Assembly: GCA_963823665.1 (NCBI GenBank)
Contig: CAWGMQ010000012.1
Span: forward strand, 32,001-96,000
DNA length: 64,000 nucleotides
Source: an uncultured Planctomycetota bacterium
GTDB lineage: Bacteria; Planctomycetota; Planctomycetia; Isosphaerales; Isosphaeraceae
Reading direction: 5' to 3'
The notes under the pieces were generated by a model. The model was not told the DNA's origin and did no database searches. It worked only from the letters and a program-made list of their open reading frames with translations. Of this stretch, positions 53,444 through 64,000 are shown one piece after another. The translations under genes were made by a program, and so were the position numbers. Position 1 is the stretch's first letter; each line of letters starts with the position of its first letter.

Positions 53444-56400
53444 GGCTCACCTCCAGCATCATCGGCCGCTCGGTCACCGATTGGGTGTGGCCGTTTGTTC
53501 GCAAATGGCCCGGGTAACGCTCTTGCCACCACGCTTCGAGCGAGATCGGGTCCGGCCGCGCCGCAACGGCTGGATTCTGCTCCGCGAGCACCCGGCGGTA
53601 ATCAAGCGGCATGACCTTGACGAAGGCTCTCACCGCAAGCTCCCAGTCCTTGAGCAGCCGCATGGCGACCGTGCTCCCGGTGCACACGGCATGCTGGGTC
53701 AGCAGGTCGCGCACCAGCTCGATGTCGTCCGCCTTGGCCAGCGGCTCGAGATCGACCATTTCCAGATTGCAGCGCCGGGGGAAGTCGTGCGATTCATCGA
53801 GCACGAACGCTCGGCCGCCGCTCATCCCCGCCGCGAAATTGCGGCCCGTCGGTCCGATCACCAGAACCACGCCACCGGTCATGTACTCACAGCAGTGGTC
53901 GCCCGCGCCTTCAACAACAGCCAGGATTCCGCTATTCCGCACTGCGAACCGCTCGCCGGCCCGGCCGCGGAAAAAGGCCCGGCCTGCCGTCCCGCCATAG
54001 AGCGCCACGTTGCCGATCAACACGTTCTTCTCCGGGACAAACCGCGAGCACTTGGGCGGATACACAATGATCCTCCCGCCCGAGAGCCCCTTGCCGATGT
54101 AGTCATTCGCGTCACCCTCCAGCGTCAGCGTGATCCCTCGCGGCAAGAACGCGCCAAAGCTCTGACCGGCTGTGCCGTTGAACTTGAGCGAGATCGTGCC
54201 GTCCGGAAGCCCCTCGCCACCGTGCCGGCGCGTCAACTCGCTTCCCAGGATCGTGCCGACCGTGCGGTGGATGTTCCGGATCGGATACTCGCGTACCACC
54301 GGCTCGCCCCGCTCCAGGGCCGGCATGCAGTCGGGCACCAAAGTGGTCCGGTCGAGCGTTGACTCAAGCCCGTGGTCCTGTGCAATCATTCGCCGGCATG
54401 CAGCTCCGGGCACATCGGGACGAAGCAAGATCTTGCTGAAGTCGAGCCCCTTGGCCTTGTAATGGTCCAGCGCCCGCCGCATCTCCAGCAAGTCGCAGCG
54501 CCCCACCAGCTCGTCGAACTTGCGGAAGCCCAGCCGCGCCATCAGCTCGCGCACTTCCTGGGCGATGAACTCGAAGAAGCGGACGACATGCTCGGCCTTG
54601 CCGCGGAATTTCTCACGCAGCTCCGGGTTCTGGGTGGCGATTCCCACCGGGCACGTATCGAGGTGGCACACTCGCATCAGGATGCACCCCATCACGACCA
54701 GCGGCGCGGTCGCGAACCCGAACTCCTCGGCACCCAGGAGCCCGGCGATCACCACGTCGCGTCCTGTCTTCAACTGGCCGTCGGTCTGCACGATGATCCG
54801 GTCGCGCAATTTGTTGAGCATCAGCGTTTGCTGTGTTTCGGCCAGCCCCAGCTCCCAGGGAATTCCGGCATGCTTGAGCGAGGTTAGCGGGCTGGCGCCA
54901 GTGCCGCCGTCGTGGCCGCTGATCAGCACCACGTCGCTGTGCGCCTTGGCCACCCCCGCCGCCACCGTTCCCACACCCGTCTCGGCCACCAGCTTCACGC
55001 TGATTCGCGCCTGCGGATTGCTGTTCTTCAGGTCGAAAATCAACTGCGCCAGGTCTTCGATCGAGTAAATATCATGGTGCGGCGGCGGGCTGATCAGGCC
55101 CACGCCCGGTGTCGAGTAGCGCACCTTGGCGATCCACGGCCACACCTTCTTGCCGGGAAGCTGGCCCCCTTCCCCGGGCTTGGCCCCTTGCGCCATTTTG
55201 ATCTGAAGTTCGTCGGCGCTCACCAGATACGCACTCGTCACGCCGAACCGCCCTGATGCCACTTGCTTGATCTTGCTGCGGCGATTGTCGAGATACCGCG
55301 CAGGGTCTTCGCCCCCCTCGCCCGTATTCGACTTGCCGCCGATCTGGTTCATGGCGATCGCCAGAGTCTCGTGCGCCTCGGCCGAGATCGAGCCGTAGCT
55401 CATGGCGCCGGTGGCGAACCGCTTCATGATCTCCCGTGCGTCTTCCACCTCCGCGATCGGCACTGGTAGGGCTTTGTCGAGGTTGAACGCAAAGAGCCCC
55501 CGCAGCGTGCAGAGCCGCTCATTCTGTTCGTCAATCAGCGTCGTGTACTTCTTGAAGATGTCATACCGGCCCGCGGCAGTCGCGTGCTGCAGCCGGAAGA
55601 CCGTCTCGGGGTTGAACAGGTGATATTCGCCGTCGCGGCGCCACTGATACTGCCCGCCGTCGAGGAGCCCGGGCACCCGGGCTTCGCGATTCGCGAACGC
55701 GCGGTGGTGGTGATAAAGCGTCTCCTCGGCGATCTCATTGATGCCGGCGCCTCCCACTCGCGTGGCGGTCTTGTCGAAATAGCGCCGGACGAAATCCTCG
55801 TTGAGACCGATCGCCTCGAAGATCTGACCGCCGCGATAACAGTGAATGGTGCTGATGCCCATCTTGGACATCACCTTCACCACGCCTTTCTTGATCGCCT
55901 TGCGGTAGCGGTAGACGGCCTCGTCGTGGTCGATGCCGCTGATCTGCCCCTGCCGGATCATGTCGTCGAGCGTCTCGAACGCGACGTACGGATTGATCGT
56001 GCCCGCGCCATAACCCAGAAGGAGTGCGAAATGATGGACCTCGCGCACATCGCCGCATTCAATCACCAGCCCGGCCTTGGCGCGCAGCCCGCGGCGCACC
56101 ATCTCGTGATGCAGGCCCGAGCACGCCAGCAGCGATGGAATCGGTGCCATGTCCACAGTCACGCCGCGGTCCGAAAGCACGATCAGGCTGGCCCCCTGCT
56201 CGATCGCCTCGCAGGCCTGCTCGATCAGCGATTGCAAGGCCGAGGCCATTCCGGCGGCTCGCTCCGCCACCGGGAAAAGCATCTGGAGCGTCCGCGTCGT
56301 GAAGCCGCGCCAGTTCTTGAGCTGCTTCAGCCGCGCCAGCTCGTCATTGTCGAGGATCGGCGTCTCGAGCGCGATCTGCCGGCAGTTCTCCGGGCCGGGA

Positions 56401-58075
56401 TCGAGCAGGTTCGCTTCGGCACCGGCGCCGGTGAAGACCGAGGTCACCAGCTCTTCGCGAATCGCATCCAGCGGCGGGTTCGTCACCTGCGCGAAAAGCT
56501 GCTTGAAGTAGTTGAAAAGAGGCTGCGCCCGCTCGGAAAGAACCGCCAGCGGCGTATCCGTTCCCATCGAGCCGATCGCCTCTTCGCCATTCTCGCCCAT
56601 CGGGCCGACGATGTACTTGAGGTCTTCAATCGTGTATCCGAAGGCGATCTGGCGGTTCAGGAGCGTGTCGTGATCGGGCCCGGGCCCCCGTGGCGCCGCC
56701 GGCAGATCGGCCAGCGAGACCATGTTCTCCTTGAGCCACTGGCCGTACGGCTTGGCACCGCGCCACCCGGAGCTTGAGCTCCTCGTCGTCGATGATCCGC
56801 CCTTCCTCGAGATCGACCAGGAACATCTTGCCGGGCTCGAGCCGTCCCTTGGAGACGATCGATTCCGGCGCGATGTCGAGCGCTCCGACCTCCGAGGCCA
56901 TGATCACCCGGTCGTCGTCGGTCACGACATAGCGGCTGGGCCGCAGCCCGTTGCGGTCGAGCACGGCGCCGATCGAGCGGCCGTCGGTGAAGGCCACCGA
57001 GGCCGGCCCGTCCCACGGCTCCATCAGGCAGCTATGATAGCGGTAGAAGTCGCGCCTCTCCTGCGCCATCGTGTGGTTGTTTTCCCAGGCTTCGGGAATG
57101 AGCATCATCATCGCGTGCGCCAGGCTGTAGCCGGACCGCACCAGCAGCTCGACGGCATTGTCGAGGCAGGCCGAATCGGAAAGCCCCTCGCGGATGATCG
57201 GCTTGATCTTCTTCAAGTCGCCCGGCTCGTACAGGTCCGAGGCGAAGAGCGCCTCCCGGGCCCGCATCCAGTTGATGTTGCCCCGCAGCGTGTTGATTTC
57301 TCCGTTGTGCGAGATCATCCGGTAGGGATGCGCAAGCTGCCAGCTCGGAAACGTGTTGGTGGAGAAACCGCGAGTGAACCATGCACATCGCGCTGGAGAG
57401 CAGCGGGTCGCCCAGGTCGTCGGCGAAGTAATGGCCGAGCTGGGCGCTCGTGAGCATTCCCTTGTAGACCAGGGTCCGGCACGAAAGGCTGGAGAAATAA
57501 AAATACTTGTGATCGTCGAGCCCGGCCTTGCGCGACCTCGCTCTCGAATCGCTTGCGGATGACGTAGAGCTTGCGCTCGAACCTCTCGGCATGGTCGAAC
57601 CGCGGCCCGCGGCCCACGAAGGCATGCCACATCCGCGGCTCGACCGTCCGGGCGCTCTCTCCCAGGGATGATGAATCGGTCTCGATCCGCCGCCATCCCA
57701 GGAAGCTTTGCCCTTCCTGGGCCACCAGCTCCTGGAACAGCTCCTGCCCGCGCCGCTCGGCCGCCGGGTCACGCGAGCTGAAGAATGCGCCCACGCCGTA
57801 GCTTGCCGGGCTCCGGCAGCGCGATCGAGCAGCTGCTGACACCGCGAAACGAGGAAGTCGTGCGGAATCTGGATCAAGAGACCGGCGCCATCGCCCGTAT
57901 TATTTTCACATCCACATGCACCGCGGTGACTCATGTTCTCGAGCGCGGTGATGCCGTCACGCACGATCTGGTGCGATTTCCGCCCTTTCAAATTGACGAT
58001 GAACCCCACGGCGCAGCTGTCGTGTTCGTTGTTCGGGTCGTAGAGACCCTGGGCTGCGGGTAGGCCTGCATGCAT
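53436..58075 (-). CDS. gltB: glutamate synthase large subunit; frameshifted in its 5' third
   Basis: [104 protein letters not shown]. Confidence 0.97.
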
Positions 58076-58183
58076 GTCTTGGGGTCCTGCTTACCGGCAA
58101 AAATGGCCCGTGAGGAGGGTTTCGCACCCTGGCGCGGCTATCCACCGGAAGAAGAGCCGGCCACCGGTGCTTTTGATCGCGAC

Positions 58184-59107
58184 CTAGGTCGCCGTCACGC
58201 CGTTTGCCGTGACGTCTTGTCCGATCAAGAGTTCAAGAAACTTGGCGGCGGGGCGCTCGAGGCACGCCTGCCGCCGGTGGATGATGGCCAGCGGCCGCGT
58301 CAGGCGATCGCTCGGATCGAGCCCCTCGATCACGATCGCCTTGAGCGTCCCCGCCTTGACTTCGTGTGCCAGGGAGGGTTCCGGCAAGATGGAGATTCCG
58401 GTGGGCACTTCAATCGCACGTTTGATGGTTTCAATATTGTCGAATTCAAGAACAACGTTGACCGCCACATCGTGCCTGCGCAGGAAGCGGTCGATGGCCC
58501 TTCTGATCCCGAGCTCGGTGTCGAACGCGATGAACGGCTCGCCGTCAAGCTCGGACACGGGCACGCTCGTGCGGTTCGCCAGGCGATGTGCCGGGTCGAC
58601 CGCCAGGACCATCGTCTCTTCCCGCCACGTCCGCACCGTCAGCTCGGGCCACTTCTTGGGGTAGGAAAGCAAGCCCAGCTCGGCCTCGCCGGAGGTCACC
58701 CGCTCGACCACTCGCTTGGGATGAAGGTATTCCAGCCGCACACTGGCGTGGTTGTACCGCTCCTCGAAAGCCTTGACGTACTGGCTCATGCTGTGCAGAC
58801 CGGAGTAAATCGCGGCCACCCCCACCGTGCCGGCCACCGTTTCCAGATCGTCGAGCGCCTGCACCCGGTGCTCGAGCTCCTGGTACCGCTCGACCAGATC
58901 GCGGCAGCCGTCGTAGTACACCCTCCCCGCCTGTGTCAGAACCAGCGGGCGCTTCGAGCGATCGATCAGCTTCAGCCCCAGCCGCTCCTCTAGATGCTGG
59001 ACCGCCTGGCTCGCCGACGACTGAGAAATATCGTTCTCGACCGCCCCGCGCGAAAAGCTCGCCGTGCGCACCACATCGCAGAAGATTTTGAGGGATTCAA
59101 ACTGCAT
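58184..59107 (-). CDS. LysR family transcriptional regulator
   Basis: MQFESLKIFCDVVRTASFSRGA...SQSSASQAVQHLEERLGLKLIDRS and EFDNIETIKRAIE. Confidence 0.93.
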   Translation of the reverse strand: MQFESLKIFCDVVRTASFSRGAVENDISQSSASQAVQHLEERLGLKLIDRSKRPLVLTQAGRVYYDGCRDLVERYQELEHRVQALDDLETVAGTVGVAAIYSGLHSMSQYVKAFEERYNHASVRLEYLHPKRVVERVTSGEAELGLLSYPKKWPELTVRTWREETMVLAVDPAHRLANRTSVPVSELDGEPFIAFDTELGIRRAIDRFLRRHDVAVNVVLEFDNIETIKRAIEVPTGISILPEPSLAHEVKAGTLKAIVIEGLDPSDRLTRPLAIIHRRQACLERPAAKFLELLIGQDVTANGVTAT

Positions 59108-59483
59108 CGGACTCTCAGTGCACGCCCATTGAGGCCCTTCGCTCCGCCAAGGGATTCGCCTTGCGCGGAGCGACACGACACAGCAATTATCGGCGTTTAT
59201 TTGATACTGCGCACAACCTCTTATCAAGAAAGCTAATACTAGTGACGGCCGGTTCGATGAGTCAAGAGGTTGCCCCGTAAAACTTTGCATAGGCCAAGTA
59301 CTCGCCGTCTCGTCGAGTCCGCCCAACTCTCGCCGCGGGAGATCAGATGATGATAAGGGCGCCCCCATCGCTTTGTTCGCGCCGGTCCGCTCGCGCAACT
59401 TGTCCGTTTTTTCCAGAAAGTTGTATGCCAACGCTACAATTCGCGCAGTAGTGAGATGGTACGAGGTTTCGGGAGGCTGACGG

Positions 59484-60893
59484 ATGAATCGAACATGCGG
59501 CGCCGCGGTCGCCCGGGGACTTGAGCGGCTCGTCGACCCGGGGACGGTCGCCGGGCTCTCCGAGCGCCAGGTGCTCGCGCGATTTGTCGAGCGGCGTGAC
59601 CCGGTCGCGTTCGAGGCGATCGTTGCCCGGCATGGCCCGATGGTCCTCTCCGTCTGCCGCCAGACTCTCCGCGACCCCAATGACATGGACGATGCGTTCC
59701 AGGCGACGTTTCTGGTCCTGGTCCAGAAAGCCGGCGGCCTCAAGCAGCCTGAGAGGCTCGCGGCCTGGCTCTACGGAGTAGCGCATCGGGTCGCGTCCCG
59801 AACGCGGAGGCGACGGCGGGCCGAAGGTCTCCCCGGCGAGCTCGAAGGAAGGCGTGTCGGGGAAGATCCGGCGCAAGCCGAAGACCTGGCGGTCGTCCAC
59901 GACGAGATCCAGCGCCTGCCCGAGAAATACCGGCTGCCGATCGTGTTGTGCTGCGTGAACGAGGAATCGCACGATGCAGCCGCTCAACAACTCGGCTGGC
60001 CACTTGGAACCGTGCACGGTCGCCTGGCGCGGGGCCGAGACCTTCTTCGCGGCAGACTCCTCCGCCGCGGAATGGTCATTCCCGAGGCGATCTCCCGCCA
60101 AGACGTCGCGGCGCGTCCAGCGCGAGAAAAAGCCGTGCCTGGCCCGTTGTTGCGGTCCACGCTCGCTCTCCTGGCCGGTCCAATCCCCAATCAACTTCAC
60201 CATCTCGTGAACGGAGCCCTTTCTACCATGTTCATCGAAAAACTGAGAACGGCCGGTCTGGTGCTCGCCGTTACAACTCTCGGCGTGGCGTCCGCGGCAA
60301 CGGCCCTGATGGCAGTCCAGGAGCCGGCGAAGAAAGCGGCCCAGCCAGCGGGCGACGTTGGTGCCCAGGCGCCGAACGCCGCGACGAAGATAGCTCGGCG
60401 CCAGCCCGCAAGTGATCCCTTCGCCGGCACCGCCGGTGCCGTTTTCACAGCCCCCGCCGCCACCGCCGTCGAAGAGGAACGCGCCGCCGAGGAAGCCGGC
60501 ACCTTGCGAGCGAAGGTCGAGCTTCTCGAGCTTGAAAACGACGGCCTCCGGACGCGAATCCAGCGAGGGTTGGCCTGGCTCGACGAGGTTGAACACCCCT
60601 TGCTGGGAGAGAGGCCTGCCCTCACCGAGGAGCAGTTCATAGAGGAGAGGAAAAGGGTGGAAGAAATGCGTGCACGCAAAACGGAACAGGTCGAAGGCTG
60701 GAACCGACTCTACTTGAAAAACGGCGTAGAAATCGCCCGGCTGAATTATTGGATCGCCAGGATCCCGCGATCGCTGGCGGAGGCGGAGCGTGATGATTCT
60801 GGCAAGACGCTCCACGATCTCATTCGCCGCATGGATCGACTGGAAGCCAAGGTGGATCGGCTCGCCGATTTGATTCGCACCGCCCGGCCGTGA
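59484..60893 (+). CDS. ECF sigma-70 factor with TM segment and coiled-coil C-terminal extension
   Basis: SERQVLARF..DPVAFEAIVARHGPMV..DDAFQATFLVLV, LPEKYRLPIVLC, WPLGTVHGRLARGR, and C-terminus RMDRLEAKVDRL. Confidence 0.92.
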   Translation: MNRTCGAAVARGLERLVDPGTVAGLSERQVLARFVERRDPVAFEAIVARHGPMVLSVCRQTLRDPNDMDDAFQATFLVLVQKAGGLKQPERLAAWLYGVAHRVASRTRRRRRAEGLPGELEGRRVGEDPAQAEDLAVVHDEIQRLPEKYRLPIVLCCVNEESHDAAAQQLGWPLGTVHGRLARGRDLLRGRLLRRGMVIPEAISRQDVAARPAREKAVPGPLLRSTLALLAGPIPNQLHHLVNGALSTMFIEKLRTAGLVLAVTTLGVASAATALMAVQEPAKKAAQPAGDVGAQAPNAATKIARRQPASDPFAGTAGAVFTAPAATAVEEERAAEEAGTLRAKVELLELENDGLRTRIQRGLAWLDEVEHPLLGERPALTEEQFIEERKRVEEMRARKTEQVEGWNRLYLKNGVEIARLNYWIARIPRSLAEAERDDSGKTLHDLIRRMDRLEAKVDRLADLIRTARP

Positions 60894-60900
60894 AAGTCAG

Positions 60901-60974
60901 ACCCTCGACCTTACGTTTTCAGCCCCCGGAGGGGGGCGACCGCACGTAGCCAGGGTGCGTCAGCCCCTGGAACG
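60901..60974 (+). repeat. REP-like dispersed repeat, copy 2
   Basis: CGACCTTACGTTTTCAGCCCCCGGAGGGGGGCGACCGCACGTAGCCAGGGTGCGTCAGCCCCTGGAACG is an inverted near-copy of 35507-35579. Confidence 0.85.
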
Positions 60975-62817
60975 ATTCGCCCACCGAAACATCGGGTTCG
61001 TTCGGAAACACCCCGCGCCGGCGCTCAAACTCGTTCCTCGCCATGTCCCGTCGCCGCCGCCGTCTCTCCCGCCTGGAAACCGGCTCCGGCGCCCGAGGCG
61101 GCAAAACACAACCCTCTTCGCCCGAAGGCGCCCGTAGATCATCACCGCCGGCGTCCTCCTGGCAGTCTGTCTCGCCCCCTTCGTGTCGACCGGCCGCCAA
61201 AGCTTCGATCGGTGCGTTGCCCGCAGCCTCGCTTCGTTCGTCGTCCACGATTTCGTTTTGTATTTTTGTCGCGGGCTCTTTCTCTGTAAGGGTTAAGGGA
61301 ACGGAATCGCTCCGCCCAACCTGTCCGGATTCGGTGCCCGCGTCCTCGATTTCCGCCTTCGTGAGGCTCTGGCTCTGCACGGTGTGGCCCGGGCTCTGCT
61401 CCGCGTGGCACTGGCCCTGCCACTGGTCAGGTGTAGCAGGCACACTCCGTGTGCCGTCCGCCGAAGTTGCGGGTAGGGTGGCACTGTCTCCGCAAGTGCG
61501 GCTTGGATGGCCCTGGCTCTGCAAGTGTTCTGGCTTCGCGCCCGCACCATTCGGAATGCCATGGCTGTAGCTCCCGCCGCCAGCGCCCTGCGCACGAAAA
61601 TAAGGATCCTCACAAGGCTGCCGCCCGTTCCTCGCCTCCCAGCGAGCCAGTCCTGCCTCAAGGTCGCCGTCATAGCCCTGAGCATCGTGAATGGTCCCAT
61701 GCTCGTCGATCACAAACCGCTCATCGATCATACGCCCGCGTCGTGCTTGCTCTTTCAGTTTCTCGCGTTCCCGCCGGGCCTTCCCCCACCCTTCCGCCTC
61801 ATACCGTCGCGCCCTTTCAATCACCTCAATGTTCCGCACCACCAGTCGATTGGCATTCTCCCGATGGCGCTGAATCTGTGCCATCGTCTTGCGCTCCTCG
61901 TGGCTCGGGAGATTGCACTGAACCTCCTCGAGGAAGTCGGCGACTTCCCTCCGCTCGGCTTGGAGCCTCAGCAACCGGTCAATCGCTTTGTCGACGATCT
62001 CCAAGAGCGCCTTCCGCCCGGCCGCGGTATCGGCCGGAGTGATTGCCAGCCACTCGTCCCGGTCGAGCTCGCCCTCAAAATTCTCAACCTGATCATAATG
62101 GATCTCGCACCGAAGCTCGTGAAAAGCCGTCGCAAAATTCGGACTGATGGCGTGGCTCGCGAGGAACACCATGGCCACCTCGGGATCACAAATGGCATCG
62201 AGCGGCTGCTTGCCGAGCAGGCGAATGGCTGTGAGTTTCTGACACGAAAGCCAGCCCGATCCATCCTCGCTCTCGTTCTCGATCGGCTTCCTCAGCTCGA
62301 ATCACCAATCCAGCAGCCAGCCGCAGCCCTCGGGGGTTGATTCAAGCTCGCGCACGATCACCGCCGGCTGATCGGGGTCAACAGGCTCCCCCGAATCCGA
62401 GGTCCGCGGCTGCTTGTGCTCATAGTCTCGGGACGGAAAAAGCTGCCAGGGCCCGCGGCGGTCGAACAACAAGCGACGACCGAGCCCCGCGACTTCATTC
62501 CCCGTGCGAAGCGCATCGGCATCCGGGCGCGTCACAATATCGCACGTCAGCCGGACGGTCTCCAATCGGTTGGCCCGTTTGGCCTGTCAGCACGCCATCG
62601 CCGCCATCTCGGCCAGGCCTCCCTCGACCTCGTCTCGCGTCTGATACTTGGCTTTATAAGCATCGATCTTCGCCTGAAGCTCCGCCGGATCTTCCCCCGG
62701 CAAAACCGGCGTCTTCGCCGTGAGCCCATGCTTGATCGCGTTGAATCGCGAACCGTTGCGGGTCGAAGCTCGCTCATCGTTCATTCCAACAACCGCCGCA
62801 CCCTGCTGCTCACTCAT
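60919..62817 (-). CDS. hypothetical protein with NAIKHGL motif; multiply frameshifted
   Basis: SRFNAIKHGLTAKTPVLPGEDPAELQAKID, LGRRLLFDRRGP, LESTPEGCGWLLDW, helical middle and low-complexity tail (ORFs 62587..62964, 62302..62565, 60919..62178). Confidence 0.65.
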
Positions 62818-63539
62818 CGCATTACCATGACCCTCTCCGTCGCCCGAGCGTCCAGAAACCCCGCCCGCGATCGACCACGTAGTTAAAGAACGAGAGATAA
62901 ATATGTGCGGGCAGACCGTCGTCTTGGTAACCCCGGTGGCTCGCGCCGTTTTGCCGCCGGCCAAGCCCTGGACAATTCAAAGCGCGAGTCGCGTCCGCGT
63001 GCTCATTCTCTGTTCTTCTGTTCTCTAGTTTTGGCACGAATTGGTACCCAGTGGTACGAAAAACCAAGAACACCTCGCGCGCTTGCCATCCCCGGCCCAC
63101 GCCCCGACGCTATCCCTGATACGCAATCGACGGTCGACGGAACCGCACGACCCGCGGCCTGGTTCAAACGTAGCAAGGGCACGATCACACCCGCGACGGT
63201 TCGCCACACAAACGAGCCAAAAAACCGGCATGGACAAGTCATTGCAGTCCGCCACAACAGGGAATCGATCGACACCCGGACGCCCCAGCACGGACGACCG
63301 TCCTGGCTGACGCACGGTGCCCAATTTGCCCTGTCAATCTAATATATGGGACATTTCTACTGGAATAGCAAGATAACTCCATTTTTTAAGAAAATAATCC
63401 CGCGTTAGAACCGGCTCAATCCTCGCAATCCCACCAACTGTCAAATTCGCCAAGGCCTTCGCCCTGACTCCCGAGTAGCTCACGCGTCTAGCCCGACGCG
63501 AGCCACCCCCATCGCGTGAGACTCCGCCCGGCGCAAACC

Positions 63540-63585
63540 AAAAACGCCCCGCGACCGGTCCGCTACCGGACCATCCCCGGGGCGT
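63540..63585 (-). terminator. intrinsic terminator-like hairpin
   Basis: Minus strand reads ACGCCCCG-GGGAT-GGTCCG-GTAG-CGGACC-GGTCG-CGGGGCGT followed by TTTT. Confidence 0.6.
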
Positions 63586-63775
63586 AGCTCAAGAATCCCT
63601 GTCGTCGTCTAAACCAATCGCGACTCGGCCAGATCTGATCAGATCAACTCATCTGCTCCGAAAACTTAGCGGCAGGGGTGCGGTGATGCCAAGGGAGTCT
63701 CCGTTCCCACCAAAAGATGGGAGAAGGGACAAATGACCGCTGGCCCCTCGCGATTTCCGCGGCTTCTTCTCGCCG

Positions 63776-63920
63776 CTAGGCTGTGTGGTCCTTCGGCTCG
63801 AGCGTGACGACGTAGCCCAAACTTTCCAGGCGCTTGACCAGATAGCGCCGAAACTGCTCGGCCTTGAGCTTGAGCTTGTCAAAGTAGTCAGGGCCCAAGT
63901 CGGTGTAGTGGACCTCCTTG
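63776..63920 (-). pseudogene. IS110 family transposase, C-terminal fragment
   Basis: Minus-strand frame not in the ORF track: KEVHYTDLGPDYFDKLKLKAEQFRRYLVKRLESLGYVVTLEPKDHTA*. This is the Y.(D/E)LG.DYF...LV..LE.LGY.V.L tail I associate with IS110 transposases. Sequence upstream of ~63920 does not look like IS110. Confidence 0.65.
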
Positions 63921-64000
63921 AACCTCAAGGCTGATTCCGATTGATGGGATTTCCGCGCCAGAAGCGGATCGACCGATCCACGCTCGCGGAGATCAGCGTG

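Noticed and set aside
58184..59743. 519-aa LysR with a long N-terminal extension
   Set aside because: The HTH starts at the Met at 59107. The extension is intergenic DNA plus the antisense of the ECF gene.
63341..63372. Minus-strand promoter TTGCTA...TATATT upstream of the NAIKHGL gene
   Set aside because: The spacer is 19 nt and it lies ~520 nt from the likely start, so it is not supported well enough to call.

Overview
GC-rich bacterial DNA whose gene content points to Planctomycetota, probably Isosphaeraceae-like. The indicators are DUF1501, a DUF1559 prepilin-like gene, a planctomycete cytochrome c-WD40 protein, a PPC-domain protein, four ECF sigma factors (three with long C-terminal extensions) and Ser/Thr kinases. 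Many genes are split by single-base indels, most likely long-read consensus errors, so several CDS calls are stitched from two to five ORF-track fragments. Core metabolism includes type III glutamine synthetase, gltB-gltD with an upstream LysR, a YhaM-like HD nuclease, GDPD, an M28 peptidase and a phytoene-dehydrogenase-like oxidoreductase. Mobile or decayed content includes a 1,661-bp IS701-like element with terminal inverted repeats and a target duplication that splits a patatin-like gene. There is also an IS110 3' remnant, REP-like dispersed repeats, and genes with internal deletions or truncations (GH9, kinase-WD40, MFS, Uma2). The strongest candidate for new biology is an exported FG-GAP beta-propeller gene (13861-15225, minus strand). 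It has an in-frame TGA followed by a Cys codon (Y-U-C) and a perfect hairpin with bacterial SECIS geometry, so it is a probable selenoprotein. Other candidates are an Rpn/DUF4351-like gene with a possible internal translation start and an 8x12-bp repeat, an ECF-thioredoxin fusion, and an ECF/ZAS-kinase operon. No rRNA, tRNA or CRISPR array was seen.
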